From Craspedostauros australis (taxonomy: Eukaryota): a DNA stretch of 38,069 bases. Positions 19,776 to 31,724 of the stretch are shown here, in pieces; positions within the stretch are counted from its first letter, which is position 1, and the number at the start of each line of letters is the position of its first letter. Under the pieces are notes generated by a model. The model did no database searches. It was not told the DNA's origin and worked only from the letters and a program-made list of their open reading frames with translations. A program made the translations under genes and the position numbers. The stretch lies in assembly GCA_030167865.1 (NCBI GenBank), contig JALAGF010003588.1, forward strand, positions 1 through 38,069, in the 5' to 3' direction.

Positions 19776-21014
19776 TCATGGATCGATCCTGCGGCGTCCG
19801 TGGATCTTGCTGTTGGCACGTCGCCGCAAGATGGCTCTGGCCATGGTGTGACGGCGAGCACGCGACATTGGCTTGGACGACGATCCTCCCGAACTGGAGG
19901 ATTTCAGAGTGTTGTCAGATTCGTCGGTGGACGATGATGCCGAGCCCTGCTGCTTCACGCCGTCGCCTTCATCGCAAACATCCAGGATATCCTTGGTGTC
20001 CTCATCCACCGGCAGCTTGCGCTGCTCCTGCACTTGCTCGGGCGTCTTCTTATTCGTCATGAAGTTGACGCGATCGCGCAGGGAGGGTGTCACGGGCGCC
20101 TTCATGGCCGGCGATGCCAACGGCGATGGCGCCTTGATGTGCATGAGGCTCATCTTGGAGGCGAAGGTCGGATCGATGGCCAGCGGCGCGACGTTCTCAT
20201 CTCCGAAGGCATTCTCATCGTCGTCCTCGCAGGATGACGACGACGAGCACTGCAGGCTGCCGTACGAGTCGGACTGCACGATGTCGTGCAGATGCTGGCT
20301 TACGTGCTGGCGGTGCGCCCGGATGTTCTCGGCGCCGTCGTCGACCGAGATCTCTGTGCTGAGAGCATGGGCATGCGAGGGTGACATCATCCCTTGCGTA
20401 GTTGGTGGCAGAGGCGGCGGTGGCGGAGGAGCGCCGATGGCATTGCGATCGAAGCTGCTTCCGTTCTGATCCCCTTCAGTGTTGTTGTCGTTGCGGAGGA
20501 TCGCTTGGGTCTCGATTCCCTTCTCTGGATGCTCCGTGTACGCAGTGACCAGCGTCTCGTCGTCCGCGAAAAGCGAGTTGCTCACGATCTCTGGTCGCTG
20601 CCCGTTGTTGGCGACGTTGGGGTTGCGGCTCATAACCGCGACGTTGGCATCGGGGGAACCCGCACCGGCACGTCCGTTGCATGCGCTGGTGAAATGCTGA
20701 TGCATCATGTAATGCATACTGTTGGCCATGTTGGGTGCGTTGGCTCCGAACCGATTATTCTGCGTCTGCTGCAGGTTGCTGACGCCATTCGCAAAGTCGG
20801 TGTTGTGGTTGTTGGGATTGCTTTGCGCCAACGGTCCCTGGCAGAAGGCCTCATGCATCCTCGCTCTCATCGCTTCCGCGCTGGCGGCGGTGCCCGCATC
20901 TTCCACCGTGCTGCAAGCGGCGACCGGTGCGAAGCACGATGTGAACATCGCCGCCATCTGCGGTGGGGCCGACATGTCGATCTTCTTGCCGTTCAAATTG
21001 ACGTTCATGTTCAT
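19776..21014 (-). CDS. Hypothetical low-complexity protein, 412 aa
   Basis: Long ORF with strong C-ending codon bias, Asn/Pro/Ser-rich, basic C-terminus (ARRHTMARAILRRR); no family recognised. Confidence 0.72.
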   Translation of the reverse strand: MNMNVNLNGKKIDMSAPPQMAAMFTSCFAPVAACSTVEDAGTAASAEAMRARMHEAFCQGPLAQSNPNNHNTDFANGVSNLQQTQNNRFGANAPNMANSMHYMMHQHFTSACNGRAGAGSPDANVAVMSRNPNVANNGQRPEIVSNSLFADDETLVTAYTEHPEKGIETQAILRNDNNTEGDQNGSSFDRNAIGAPPPPPPLPPTTQGMMSPSHAHALSTEISVDDGAENIRAHRQHVSQHLHDIVQSDSYGSLQCSSSSSCEDDDENAFGDENVAPLAIDPTFASKMSLMHIKAPSPLASPAMKAPVTPSLRDRVNFMTNKKTPEQVQEQRKLPVDEDTKDILDVCDEGDGVKQQGSASSSTDESDNTLKSSSSGGSSSKPMSRARRHTMARAILRRRANSKIHGRRRIDP

Positions 21015-21031
21015 GTTTGTGCTGCTCTCGT

Positions 21032-21080
21032 CGTTCTGTTGCCTGCGTTCTGTTGCCTGCGTTCTGTTGCCTGCGTTCTG
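21032..21080. repeat. Perfect 14-bp tandem repeat (GTTCTGTTGCCTGC x3.4) in the 5' leader of the 412-aa gene
   Basis: Units at 21033, 21047 and 21061 plus a partial copy, read directly. Confidence 0.9.
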
Positions 21081-21755
21081 GTGATTGTTGGTGTGCGGTC
21101 CTGTCCTGTATGTGCGAGGATGCTAATTGTGGACGTGTGCGTGTGCTGGTTGTTGGGCTGGAGTATGCGTTGCTGCTGTTGCCTGTGGTACTTGTACTTG
21201 TACGAGGGATGGCACTGATGCGTGTGAAGCAGCAAACCGACGAAAGTTGTGCAAACCGGATCAAGTAAGAGACAAGTGAAAATGATGTCTTCAACGTGTT
21301 GCGTGCGAGTTGCGTGTCAAATTGTGAGACAGTCCGCGCATTGCATCGCCCGAACTCGCATGAAAGCCAAACGGTATCGCCAAATCGCCGAACATGATCG
21401 GAACTTACGGCCAAAAGATGGCATCATAACCCGATAGATTAGGGACTATTTCAGAACCTTTGATTGCCAGTCGTGTCAATCTTCAATCCCCTTTGCGAAG
21501 AGAAGCGTCTGCAGAATTTGGATCTTTCCTCTCTTTCTTGTCGTTTGTTGTGTGTTTGTCTCCTTCTTGCGGTTCTGATTCGGTTGCCCATCGATCAGCA
21601 CATGGAGCGCATCAGCACATCAACACATCAACAGAGTAGACCTGCACTGTTCCCACCCACCCACACAACACAACCCACAAACAGCCCAGAGCTTCCCACA
21701 AATAGCTCGTATACACGTATACAGCATAATAGTACATCCAGATCAAGCATTCGAC

Positions 21756-22940
21756 ATGGCGGAGAGCAGCGTATCGTTGGAGACCAAGCTGGCGGGCATC
21801 GCCCTGAGCACCTGCGTGTACAACGCCAGCGGACCGCGGTCGGGCAATTCCGCAGCGCTGTCGAAGGTTGCATCGTCGGCGGCAGGTGCCGTTCTGGCCA
21901 AGTCGGCCACCGTGGCTTCGCAGACCGGCAATCCGCAGCCCAGAACATGGCATGCGGCCGACGACAAGGCCTCCATGAACTCGGAGGGCCTCCCCAACAA
22001 CGGAATCGACTACTACATCGACGCTGCCAACATCAAGGAGACGATGGAGAACGCGAGTCCATCCGACAAGCCGTACATGGTCAGCATCTCCGGCAAGACG
22101 CTGGATGACAACATCAAGATGCTGGACATGATCCAGGCATCCAAGTCGCCGATCGCGTTGGTGGAGCTCAACCTCGCCTGCCCCAACGTCATTGGCAAGC
22201 CCATCATCGCGTACGACTTCCAGCAGATGAAGATGATCCTGTCCACGCTGCAGAAGAAGAAGTACACCTTCTCGTTGGGATTGAAGCTGCCGCCCTACCT
22301 GGACAGCAAGCACCTGCAGCAGGCGGCCACCATCATCAACGCGTACTCCAAGATGGTCAGGTACGTGGCCAGCATCAACACCATCGGCAACGCATTGTCC
22401 GTGGACCCCGTCTCGGAGGCGCCCTTCATCTCCAGCAACAACGGCCTGGCGGGTCTCAGCGGACCGGCCGTCAAGTACACGGCGTTGGCCAACGTGCGGC
22501 AGATGCGCAACCATCTGGATGCGGCGATCGATGTCGTGGGTGTGGGCGGCATCGAGACTGGCGAGGATGCCTTCCTCTTCTTGCTGTGCGGTGCCACCGC
22601 CGTGCAAGTGGGTACGTGCCACTGGAAGGAAGGTCCCAAGTGCTTCGACAGGATCTGCGACGAGCTCAAGGCGATCATGGCGGAGAAGGGGTACAGCAAG
22701 GTGGATGACATCAAGGGCAAGCTGAAGGCCTGGTCGAAGGAAGGAGCAGCGCTGACGCGTGCTGCGAAGAAGAAGCAGCAGGCCGAGGAGGAGGAGGAGG
22801 AGGCGAACAAGACAGACGCGGCGCAAGAAAAGAAGGACGAGGATTATTCGCTGAAGATGATGAACAACATCCTTATGGTCGTCATTGTGGCGCTTCTTGC
22901 TCAGCGATACGGTCTTTACGAGTACCTCGGACTTGAATAA
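21756..22940 (+). CDS. pyrD: Dihydroorotate dehydrogenase class 1A (fumarate type, PyrDA/URA1-like), 394 aa with C-terminal extension
   Basis: NASG, AKSAT, GNPQPR, NSEGLPNNG, ELNLACPN (catalytic Cys), GLKLPPY (1A-type), INTIGN, GLSG, GVGGI, GATAVQVGT. Lacks the N-terminal quinone-binding helices of class 2. Confidence 0.92.
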   Translation: MAESSVSLETKLAGIALSTCVYNASGPRSGNSAALSKVASSAAGAVLAKSATVASQTGNPQPRTWHAADDKASMNSEGLPNNGIDYYIDAANIKETMENASPSDKPYMVSISGKTLDDNIKMLDMIQASKSPIALVELNLACPNVIGKPIIAYDFQQMKMILSTLQKKKYTFSLGLKLPPYLDSKHLQQAATIINAYSKMVRYVASINTIGNALSVDPVSEAPFISSNNGLAGLSGPAVKYTALANVRQMRNHLDAAIDVVGVGGIETGEDAFLFLLCGATAVQVGTCHWKEGPKCFDRICDELKAIMAEKGYSKVDDIKGKLKAWSKEGAALTRAAKKKQQAEEEEEEANKTDAAQEKKDEDYSLKMMNNILMVVIVALLAQRYGLYEYLGLE

Positions 22941-23040
22941 TAGAGCAATGGAACACGAGTGGAGCACCCGTACAAGTGTGGTACCATGATAGCCTTAATG
23001 TTGGGCTCGTTGCGAAGTACTCTGTGTGATGGATTTTGGT

Positions 23041-23107
23041 TTTGTGTTGTGTTGCGTTGCGTTGCGTTCCAAAGCGTTGCGTTGGTGTGAGATGCGTTGC
23101 GCGTTGC
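23041..23107. repeat. (GTTGC/GTTGT)n pentanucleotide microsatellite downstream of DHODH
   Basis: ttgtgttgtgttgcgttgcgttgcgtt...gcgttgcgttg...gcgttgcgcgttgc read directly. Confidence 0.7.
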
Positions 23108-23521
23108 TCGGGAATCATACTGGTATTCTGACTGCCACATCTCATCTTGCAACACTCTCACGACGCCTCTGTTCTCTCAACTGGTCCTGGACTATTGGGA
23201 GAGTGATGAGCATGGGTGTGAGCATGAGCATTTCGAGCTGCGCAATCTGTTGCGCTGTTTCAATTGTTGACGTTTCTGTCGAAGCAATAGTTGCCAACTG
23301 CCCAGTGCGCCTATCTGTGCCATACTCGAATCTTGGAGAGGGAAGAAAAGAGAGAAGACTCCAACCATCATGTACTGCACCTATGAGTATGTAGTCGACT
23401 CCACTCTAATATGATTTACCTACACACCAGAGAGAGCCGTACCAAAACAGTTCCATGGTGGCCCTGCTCCTGGTCGTGCTCCTGTTTCATCTCTTCTGCT
23501 CCTCCGCTCTTCATCGTCCCC

Positions 23522-24058
23522 TCAAACAGCAAAGCTGGAGCCACATCCGCAGGAATCCTCCGCGTTAGGATTGAAGAACTTGAAGCCTCCGCCGATGAGC
23601 TCCGTCGAGTAGTCCAATTCCAAACCGTACAGATAGAGCATGGACTTGGCATCCACAACGCACTGAATGCCCTCCGTGGCGTACGTGTCGATAACATCGT
23701 CCTCCTCGATATCGGCCTCCTCGGCAAAGTCCATGACGTACGACAGTCCCGAGCAACCGCCGTTGCGCACGCCCATTCGCAGCACGAGACTGTCTGTCTT
23801 TTGCTGCTCCTTCAGCTCGCGCAGGCGTTTCATGGCGGGTGGCTTGATGACGACGACGGCATCCTCCGGCACCTCGTAATCGATCTCTTCTCCCACGTCT
23901 TCGGTGGTGGATTGTATCGTGGTCGCAATTCGGTTGTGGCGATTCAAAGGCAGGGCTGGTTGGAACGCTGTTGCTGTCATGGCCGTCATGGCGGCGAGGC
24001 AGCAGACGATCGCCGCGACAGTGCGCGAGGACAGCGAGAAGGATCTGGAGGGAGGCAT
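23522..24058 (-). CDS. iscA: Iron-sulfur cluster assembly A-type carrier (IscA/SufA, HesB family), probably plastid-targeted, 178 aa
   Basis: GGCSG and C-terminal CGCGSSF motifs, LDYSTELIGGGFKFFNPNA. Signal peptide followed by ATA-FQP, matching the diatom ASAFAP-type bipartite plastid presequence. Confidence 0.93.
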   Translation of the reverse strand: MPPSRSFSLSSRTVAAIVCCLAAMTAMTATAFQPALPLNRHNRIATTIQSTTEDVGEEIDYEVPEDAVVVIKPPAMKRLRELKEQQKTDSLVLRMGVRNGGCSGLSYVMDFAEEADIEEDDVIDTYATEGIQCVVDAKSMLYLYGLELDYSTELIGGGFKFFNPNAEDSCGCGSSFAV

Positions 24059-27000
24059 GGTGGTGTGAAGTAGCTTGTTACTTGCTGATTGGTGCTGATT
24101 GCTGATTGCTGCTTGTTGCTGTTGATGTTACCGAAGTGGCTGTAGGTACACTCGCGTGAATGGATCAGTGTCGGCTTTGCTGATGGTGTTGAAGCTGTGC
24201 GTTGCTCGTTCTTCGAAGCAGATTGCACTTGTATGGTATTGTACCTACTTCTCGATTCTCAATCTATCCCCTTCAATGTTCACCGAGAGCGTCGTTACCT
24301 TCGTTCTCGTGGCAACCGCATGGACGCCATGGTCGTTCCGTGTGTTTCCTCGTTGTTGGTGTTTGTTTCTGTGTGCTCGTGTTTGGAAAGAAGATCGATT
24401 CACGTTTTCGATTTGCTGGCGTCATCACGTGATCAATCGAACAAACAATGTTCGTTAACGTAGGTTGCGGTGATTCAATATATTATTAGTATTATTGACG
24501 CATGGATGATCAGACGATACACATGTCATCCAAGATCAGCGAAACCTGTTCGAACTACCTACCATCGCGAGTGCAGATGGTCGTGCTCGATCGTAGCATG
24601 CTCTGTGAAACACCCACATGGACGGCGAAGGCACGAGCAGCGTGGATGGAGATGAGGACAGACAGAGAGACAGATACCTGGAGAGTTGAGATTGCACAGA
24701 TACTCGTCATTCTGTGATGGTCTCGCATCGTGGAATATAGTACTGCTGAACGCAGCACACCACAGCACACACCAAAGCATGCTTGGAGGTTGTCCTCCTT
24801 CGCCGCAAACCGACAGAGGCCAGACACAGCGTTCTGATCGTCTCGCCATCAATCCGTCATGGAACAAGGCTTTCCGTGATTCTCGAGCTGAATTTAAATG
24901 TAGTCAAATAAACAGGCTCGATAGAAACTCGGAGGAGAGGGATGGAGGGAAGGCCGGGACCCCGACTATGACTAGCAGATCCTTGTGTCTGTTCTCGATG
25001 TCTGCCCCGTAATTGGGTTGCCGATGATCGTAAATTGAGAACGGGGGATGCGAGGGAAAAGACCAGGACACGAAGACGTGCATTTTCATAGACACGGACA
25101 TTGAGATGGATGGAGACATCGTCGTCGGTACTCTACAGCGTGTTTGTGGAAAGGCATGATGTGCGCAGCGCTTTCGTTTTCGCGGAACAAATGGCGGCGA
25201 GTCACATGACAGGGAGGAATCAGAACTAAACACGATGCGCAGATGCCCAGACGCGGAGGGAATAATCCTTCGTCATGGACATGGACATGGACGCGTCATG
25301 GCATGGCATGGTATGGTTGACACGAAGCGTCGAGACGAAGTGTTATGGTTGTGCTCGTACGCGTACGCTGGTACTATTCCACGACGATGGGGATTTGAAT
25401 CGACGACGGTGACCAATGATGGTCACAGCACCAAGGAATTGGTAGAGCATTGCTGTCTGCTGTACCTTCCCGCTCAAAGCCAGACGGCGACGATGACCGA
25501 AGAAACGAATGCCGCAACAAATCCCAGAGAAAAAGACGGAAATGAAACCACTTCGTCGTGGGTGGGTGTCTTGTACCTCCGCAACCGGCAAGGGGGAAGC
25601 TTTCGGAGGAGATCCAGCTCTCTTCGAGCGCTCTGGCACACTGTCCGCATTTCGAGGATGAGCGGGAAGAGTATAAGTATTACCCCATCATGAAGAAGAT
25701 GATACGGAGTGCCCGAAAACAGCATGATGTTCGGCGCGTTGCGTCCGGTAGGAGATAGAGTGTGGTACTTTCTCTAGAGGGAGAGATGCGACTCGCAACC
25801 GCCAGAGAAGAGAAATGGAGAAGACGATTCTCGAAGTCGCAGCGAATAGGAGATGGCAACGGTCAGCATCATTTGCGACAGTCGCAACATCATAAGCGAC
25901 ATTGCCAGTGGCGCGAGAGCAAGGAAATGGAAGGAATGATGAAGGTGATTGGTGATGTGTTCAAATGTGCATCTCTCTATGTTCTTGTATTGTTCGAGTT
26001 TTGTGTTGAAATGTCTGTGGGCCGGCGCGTGATTGCCTGGCAGGTGTGTATTATGACCGATGACCACGTCGGCGTGCTCGCGGTCAGACATCACACACGT
26101 TAAAGAAGGTGCGATGATGACCACATTGTTGTAAGTGCTTTTTGTCAATGAAAACCTTGTTGGGGGGAGTTCGTGAAGTGCTTGCCAAAGACCCGCCAAA
26201 AAACTTGAAGATGGACATCCAACGTCCAGAGCATCGTGTGGTTGCTGTCGTTGAGAATGGTGAAGCCTCACAGTTCTCTTAGCGCGTGCATACATGGATG
26301 GGTGTCTGTGTTTCTCCGTGTCCGTCTCTGTGTGTGTTCTTGGAAGTGGAGGATTGGATGGCGCCAAACACAGAGCGACAGCAACAAAGGCAGAGACTGT
26401 CCATGCACGACAATGACATGGGATAGTTTGGCGAAGAAGGGACACAACAGACGAAATAGGAGCCTATTGGCGGCAGGTCTTTGGGGGGCTGTTTATTGGT
26501 GGTTGGTTGGCCGGTTGGTCGATGGATTGGTTTGAACTCACTTACCCCAACAAGCGAACAAGACCGAAAGACCAAAGACACAGGATACCGCTTCCTGAGA
26601 GTCTCTCTGGTGTTGTGGCGGTGATCACACACCTCCAGGAGACAACTCATCAGCCCACACCCGCGCCTCACCTTCCAAGACACCAGCCTACCACAGCTCG
26701 CGCTGCCACACCAACGTCTCTGGCCATTGATGAACATCAACTATCTGCTTGGTCCACAGAAACAAACAAGAGAGACGATCACAAATACCCGAGAGAGTTG
26801 CCCGACCAATCAAGGCAAGGGAAGCAAGTAAGCAAGTAAGCAAGCAAGCACACAGAGGCACTCACCTTGTCATAATTCCAACAGACTCAACGCTTCCTCC
26901 CATACGTTGCCCAAGAGCTTGTCCCACACTCATCCAACACTCGCCTCATACTCGCGAATCTCCAGCCAGCCAGCCATCATTCGCGATCAGACTATTGCTC

Positions 27001-27549
27001 GAAAGAACAGTGAAGGAGGGTCATCGCCGCCATAAACAATTGAATTCTCCCACGCTCACTGCATGGGAACGAATGCCGAGAAAACTTCTTGCTGAGCGCC
27101 ATTTTTCGATCTTTCTTGCTCGCATTAACGGCGCCGCGTCAACCGTCGTGTGACCATTGCGAAAACGGAGTCCCAACAGCCAGCAGATTCGCGAATACGC
27201 GTCAACTCTCCCTTGCACTTGCCACAAACAGCAGACAGCAGACAGCAACAAAGGAAGCACCTCGCAACTTCGGGAACGCCCTCTCTTCTGACAACATCAC
27301 GTTTACACAGACGCAAATAGAAAACCAGCGTGAGGACACGAACGAGAACAAGAACAGCAAGAGATAGGCGTCAACAGGCTACTGACAGCAATAGCAGGAA
27401 CATTAGCACCTGCGACAGCAACGGCAACGGCAACATCGGCAGCACTCTTTGAACCAGACAGAATCCCAGAAGAGCACAGGAGATCACAGGAGATCACAAG
27501 AGAGCAAAGAAGAGAGCACAGGATAGCATAGAACAGAACGTCCGCCACC

Positions 27550-29162
27550 ATGAGTCCAAAGGCCAGCCCAACAGCAGCGGCAGGAACCGCCGCGCAGACG
27601 TCTGCACAAGCACCGACACCGACGAAGAAGCAGGCGCAGACACGAGCGCAGACCCGCTCCTCCAGCGAGGCGCAGAATACACCTTCGGGGGCACCCAGAA
27701 AGCGCAAGTCGCCGTCGCCCAGCCCTTCCGTGGGATCGAATGCCAGCAGCACAGGCAAGAAGCGCAAGGGATCGCCTTCATCCGAGACAGGAACCCCCAA
27801 ATCCACCAGCAGAGGACTGCGCCACTTCTCACTCATGGTCTGCCGCAAGGTCGAAGAGAAGGGCACGACCTCGCACAACGAAGTGGCCGATGAGCTTGTC
27901 AAGGAGGTGCTTGCCGAACGCCGCAAGGAGAATCCCGACAGCGTGGGTTCCTTCGACGAGAAGAACGTCCGTCGGCGTGTCTACGATGCTCTCAACGTGC
28001 TCATGGCGCTGGACATCATCTCGAAGGACAAGAAGGCCATCCAGTGGAAGGGATTGCCGGAGTCTTGCCACCGCGACATGCTTGCACTGCAGAAGGAGCG
28101 GGACTACAGAGAGCAGCAGGTCATGCGCAAGCGCCAGGCCTTGCAGGAGTTGCTCGTGCAGCAGGTATGCTTCCGCAACCTCGTGGCGCGCAACCAACCG
28201 ATGGGCATCGCGAAGGACAGGATCCCCCTTCCCTTCATCGTGGTCAACACCCACCCCGACGCCATCATCCAGTGCAACATGAACTCCGACCGCACCGACG
28301 TCCTCTTCAACTTCAGCACCTCCTTCGAGATCAATGATGACAACACCATTCTCAAGAAGATGGGCATGTAAGTGCCAACGTCACCACCAGCTTGCTTTGT
28401 GGGAGATGGGCGCGATTGGGCGGTAGACCATCATGGCAACGACTGCTAAGGGCGTTGATCCGAACACTGTCATACTCACACGCTCATACTCACACACTCA
28501 TACTCACACATTCTGTTCTTGCTCTCTACCACCTCATCGCATACACGCACACGCATGCACGCATGCAAACAACCATTGGATCGCACGTTCCACACAATAC
28601 ATGAATCAACCACTCCACTTGCAGGGCAAAGACGGACATGAATGTGTTGCAGCAGATGCTCCCAGAAGATCTCCTCGAGTACGGTCAGCGTCATGGCATG
28701 CTCGATGAGATGGTGCACCCAGACAAGGAAAACCAGCACCCAGCATCTGCATCACAAGCACAGACACAGGGACAGGCACTTGCACAAAGTCACCTCCAGC
28801 AGCAACAACAGCAACAACAGTTCCACCATCACCAACCGCAATCACAGCAACATCAATCGGCACCATACTCAAGACGGTACCCATCGCCAACATCATCGCC
28901 ACGGGCTCGTTCTCCTCACGCAATGTACCGCGATGACCCGTACTATGCTCTCGCACCTCCTGGGCATCCCCATGGGCATTCCCAGATGCATCCGGCTGGG
29001 GCACCGTATGAGCCGCATCACGCGCACTCCCAGCAGCAGAAGCAGGAATCACAGCAGCAGCATCGCCAGCCAGACCAAATACTCCCACCACCGCAATATC
29101 ACCTCCATCCGATCCACGATCACTCCAGAGTTGAGGTATCGTACGAGAGAATGCCGGTCTGA
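27550..29162 (+). CDS. DP: Transcription factor DP (E2F dimerisation partner); join(27550..28367,28625..29162)
   Basis: GLRHFSLMVCRKVEEKG, NEVADELV, DEKNVRRRVYDALNVLMA (DEF box), LPFIVVNT, FEINDD..ILKKMG. Donor AT|GTAAGT at 28368 and acceptor TTGCAG| at 28624 give in-frame MGM-AKTDMNVLQQMLPEDLL followed by a Gln/His-rich tail. Confidence 0.93.
28368..28624 (+). other. Spliceosomal intron (257 nt) of DP
   Basis: GTAAGT...TTGCAG; frame preserved into the 28638..29162 ORF. Confidence 0.82.
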
Positions 29163-31724
29163 AGCTCATGGGTCTGATGCTTTTTTGACAGCGAAGAGCG
29201 AGAGGATCGAGCATGAGAGTGACCACGTCCTGGGATTCGTTCCCTCCCAACTTATCCTCTACGAATGCACACATCATCCTCTCTTCCGCATCCATGCATG
29301 CAGACGCATTCCTGTACAATCTCGTGCAGCACGCCAGCGCACAACACAACACAACAAAAGCGAAGTAGTCTCTGGCGCCACACTGTTTAGGCTTGAAACC
29401 AAACACGTGCATGGCGCAATCGCAGACATGACAGCATGACAGTGCCACAATGTACCACACAGCTCTATTCTGATGCTCCGGGCGGGGATGGCCACCACTA
29501 CAACATACGAATATGTGTATGTGTTGTTCCAAGGGGGGAATCACAACATGCACACGAGTACACAGGGACAGTCGCCACGGATTCAACCTCCTAAACTGCT
29601 CCAGAGGGGCATTGGAGCAACGGCCACCGTACTCGTACTTTGCAGAGTACTTGCATGATGCTCGCAACAGGTGTAGCTATCGAAGAACCTCCATCCAGGC
29701 GCCGACAAAGTGAAGCGTATGGGGATACAAGCAAAACTAAAGTAAAACCCAACAAAACAAAGATTGTTCTTCCAAAATCTAGAGAGAGATAGAGGGTATG
29801 GCGCTCTCCCCACAGCGCCAAGGAGATACACTAGCAGACAGGAGGCGGAGCGTTCGTCTCATGTGGCGAAGGACCCCGGGCGAAGTGAGGGTAAGAAGCA
29901 CTTTCTCTTGGCGTGGAAGAGCTTTTGCTGCAGACTCGAACAGAGCGGCCCAACAGGGCATCTATGAAAGATTGAGCGGCAGGCAGATACAGGTAGGCGC
30001 CATAGACAGGTACATACCTAGTCATAGGTAGGAGGAGATGTGTAAATGGGACCTCCCAGCCACGCATGCAGACTCTCGCGCGCATCAATGCATGGGTGCT
30101 GCGACGTGCAACTACTCTGCTCCCCCTATCTTCGCTTTGACCTTCGATTACGGACACCCCTTCACCAAATACAAAAAGGACGAGCGCCATACATCCTCCT
30201 CTACTTCTCGTCGTACACAATTGCCATCACTCGTACGTATGTGCTCGTGGTCACTCCCTCACACTCTCTTGCGATGGCATTGGCCATCATAGTCGTACGC
30301 GTACGATCTACCCGTGGCGCTGCGACCTGAAGATGGTAACCGTGACTTGATGAGGGTCAGCAGATGTCGGCATTGCTCGATGTCTCTCCACAACACAGTG
30401 ACATCAACATTGCGCCACTTCCTTCTGACCTTTCCGCCATTCTTTGAATTTGAATTCATCGCACACGGGACAGCCAACTTGGCGGGAGGTCGCTCGCCTG
30501 TGAACCGGTCATTCGGACTGCAAGTCACGTGTCTGCACCTATGTGAATGGACACACAACTGTCCATGACCGCAAGCGGGCGAAGTCCTCGATGTCTCAAA
30601 TCCGATGGTTCTGTATGTCCCATCTGTCACTCCCACCATTCCTGCGCGCGTTGGCACCGTTTTACTTATGACTTTGTGTTCCAATATCCAACGGTCACAT
30701 CTGTTGGGCCAACCAACGGTCACATTTTGCCGACAGGTTCGACTCATTCACGAAATCTCGAGGTCTTGTTTTTGGTCTCAGCTGTTCCAGTCTTGTTCTT
30801 GCTTGGTTCGTGCCAGCTGGCGAAGATCAAGTGGGACACTTCTTCCACGTCACTTTCACGTGTCGCTGCGACAGATCAATGGTCGTCATTACGCTTCCGA
30901 GAAGCCGAAAACCGCACACAGTGTCTGCTTGTCCGATTCAAAGGGGTGATGGTTATCGATGGAACTCCGAACAAAGGTACCTCCGCTGGTGGTCACGCAA
31001 AGGCACAAACAGTCATCATTGTGTTCGATTTCGCGTGCTCGGGCTGTGTTGCTGAGTGCTGTTTGCACGAGTTGTTTTGTCTTCCGTGTCTTCGTGTCTG
31101 TGTGTACCTTTCTGTCTGTGTCTCTGTCTGTGCGTCGGTGTTTGAAAGCGCGTGTGCAGCTGCTGGATTTGTGGCTGTGGTGGAGGAAGATGTCCCATCC
31201 TCCTTCTGCCGCGAAGAGAATCCAAGAGAAAGACGAGGGGACGAAGCGGGCGTGACTCTCCGCCGCGACAAGCAGAAGTGTCACATCAAAAAACGCAGCT
31301 GGACACGGATCCTTGAGATGTTGGATTTGCCGTATTCTGCACGCGGTTGTGTGAGAGCTACGAGTGTGATCTGTTGGTGTGTGTGTGTTATTGTGCGTGC
31401 TGGCACCGACCACGGAGTTGACCACCAGTATGGAGGCGACTGAACTTTACGGCGTGCAAGATGGAGACCACGACAGGACGCGAAGACAGCACGCCCGCGT
31501 ATTTGTACGACAGAACTGCAGCACACGAGCAAAATCAGCAAGGGAAGAAGAGCAAGAGGCATCCCATCAAGCACTCGCACTCGCACACACGCAGTGGAAA
31601 GCCAAAAGGACACATCCACCACCATCACACATAAAAATCAGCTCTCCGGAATTGAAATTCACAACACCGCACACAGCAACCAACCACCACACCACCCCAA
31701 TACCCCCAACACCCAACAATCAAG

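Noticed and set aside
21612-22967. 451-aa antisense ORF over DHODH, and similar ORFs opposite pirin (35549..36670), 14-3-3 (32672..33373), Nudix (33866..34636), IscA and EME1
   Set aside because: Codon-bias shadows of well-supported sense genes.
25558-26103. Two same-frame ORFs separated by one TAG (25756-25758): possible readthrough or pseudogene
   Set aside because: The joined translation matches nothing I recognise, and both ORFs start at non-ATG codons.
30547-31443. 298-aa plus-strand ORF
   Set aside because: Val/Cys-rich product arises from TG-rich sequence; lacks host codon bias and domains.
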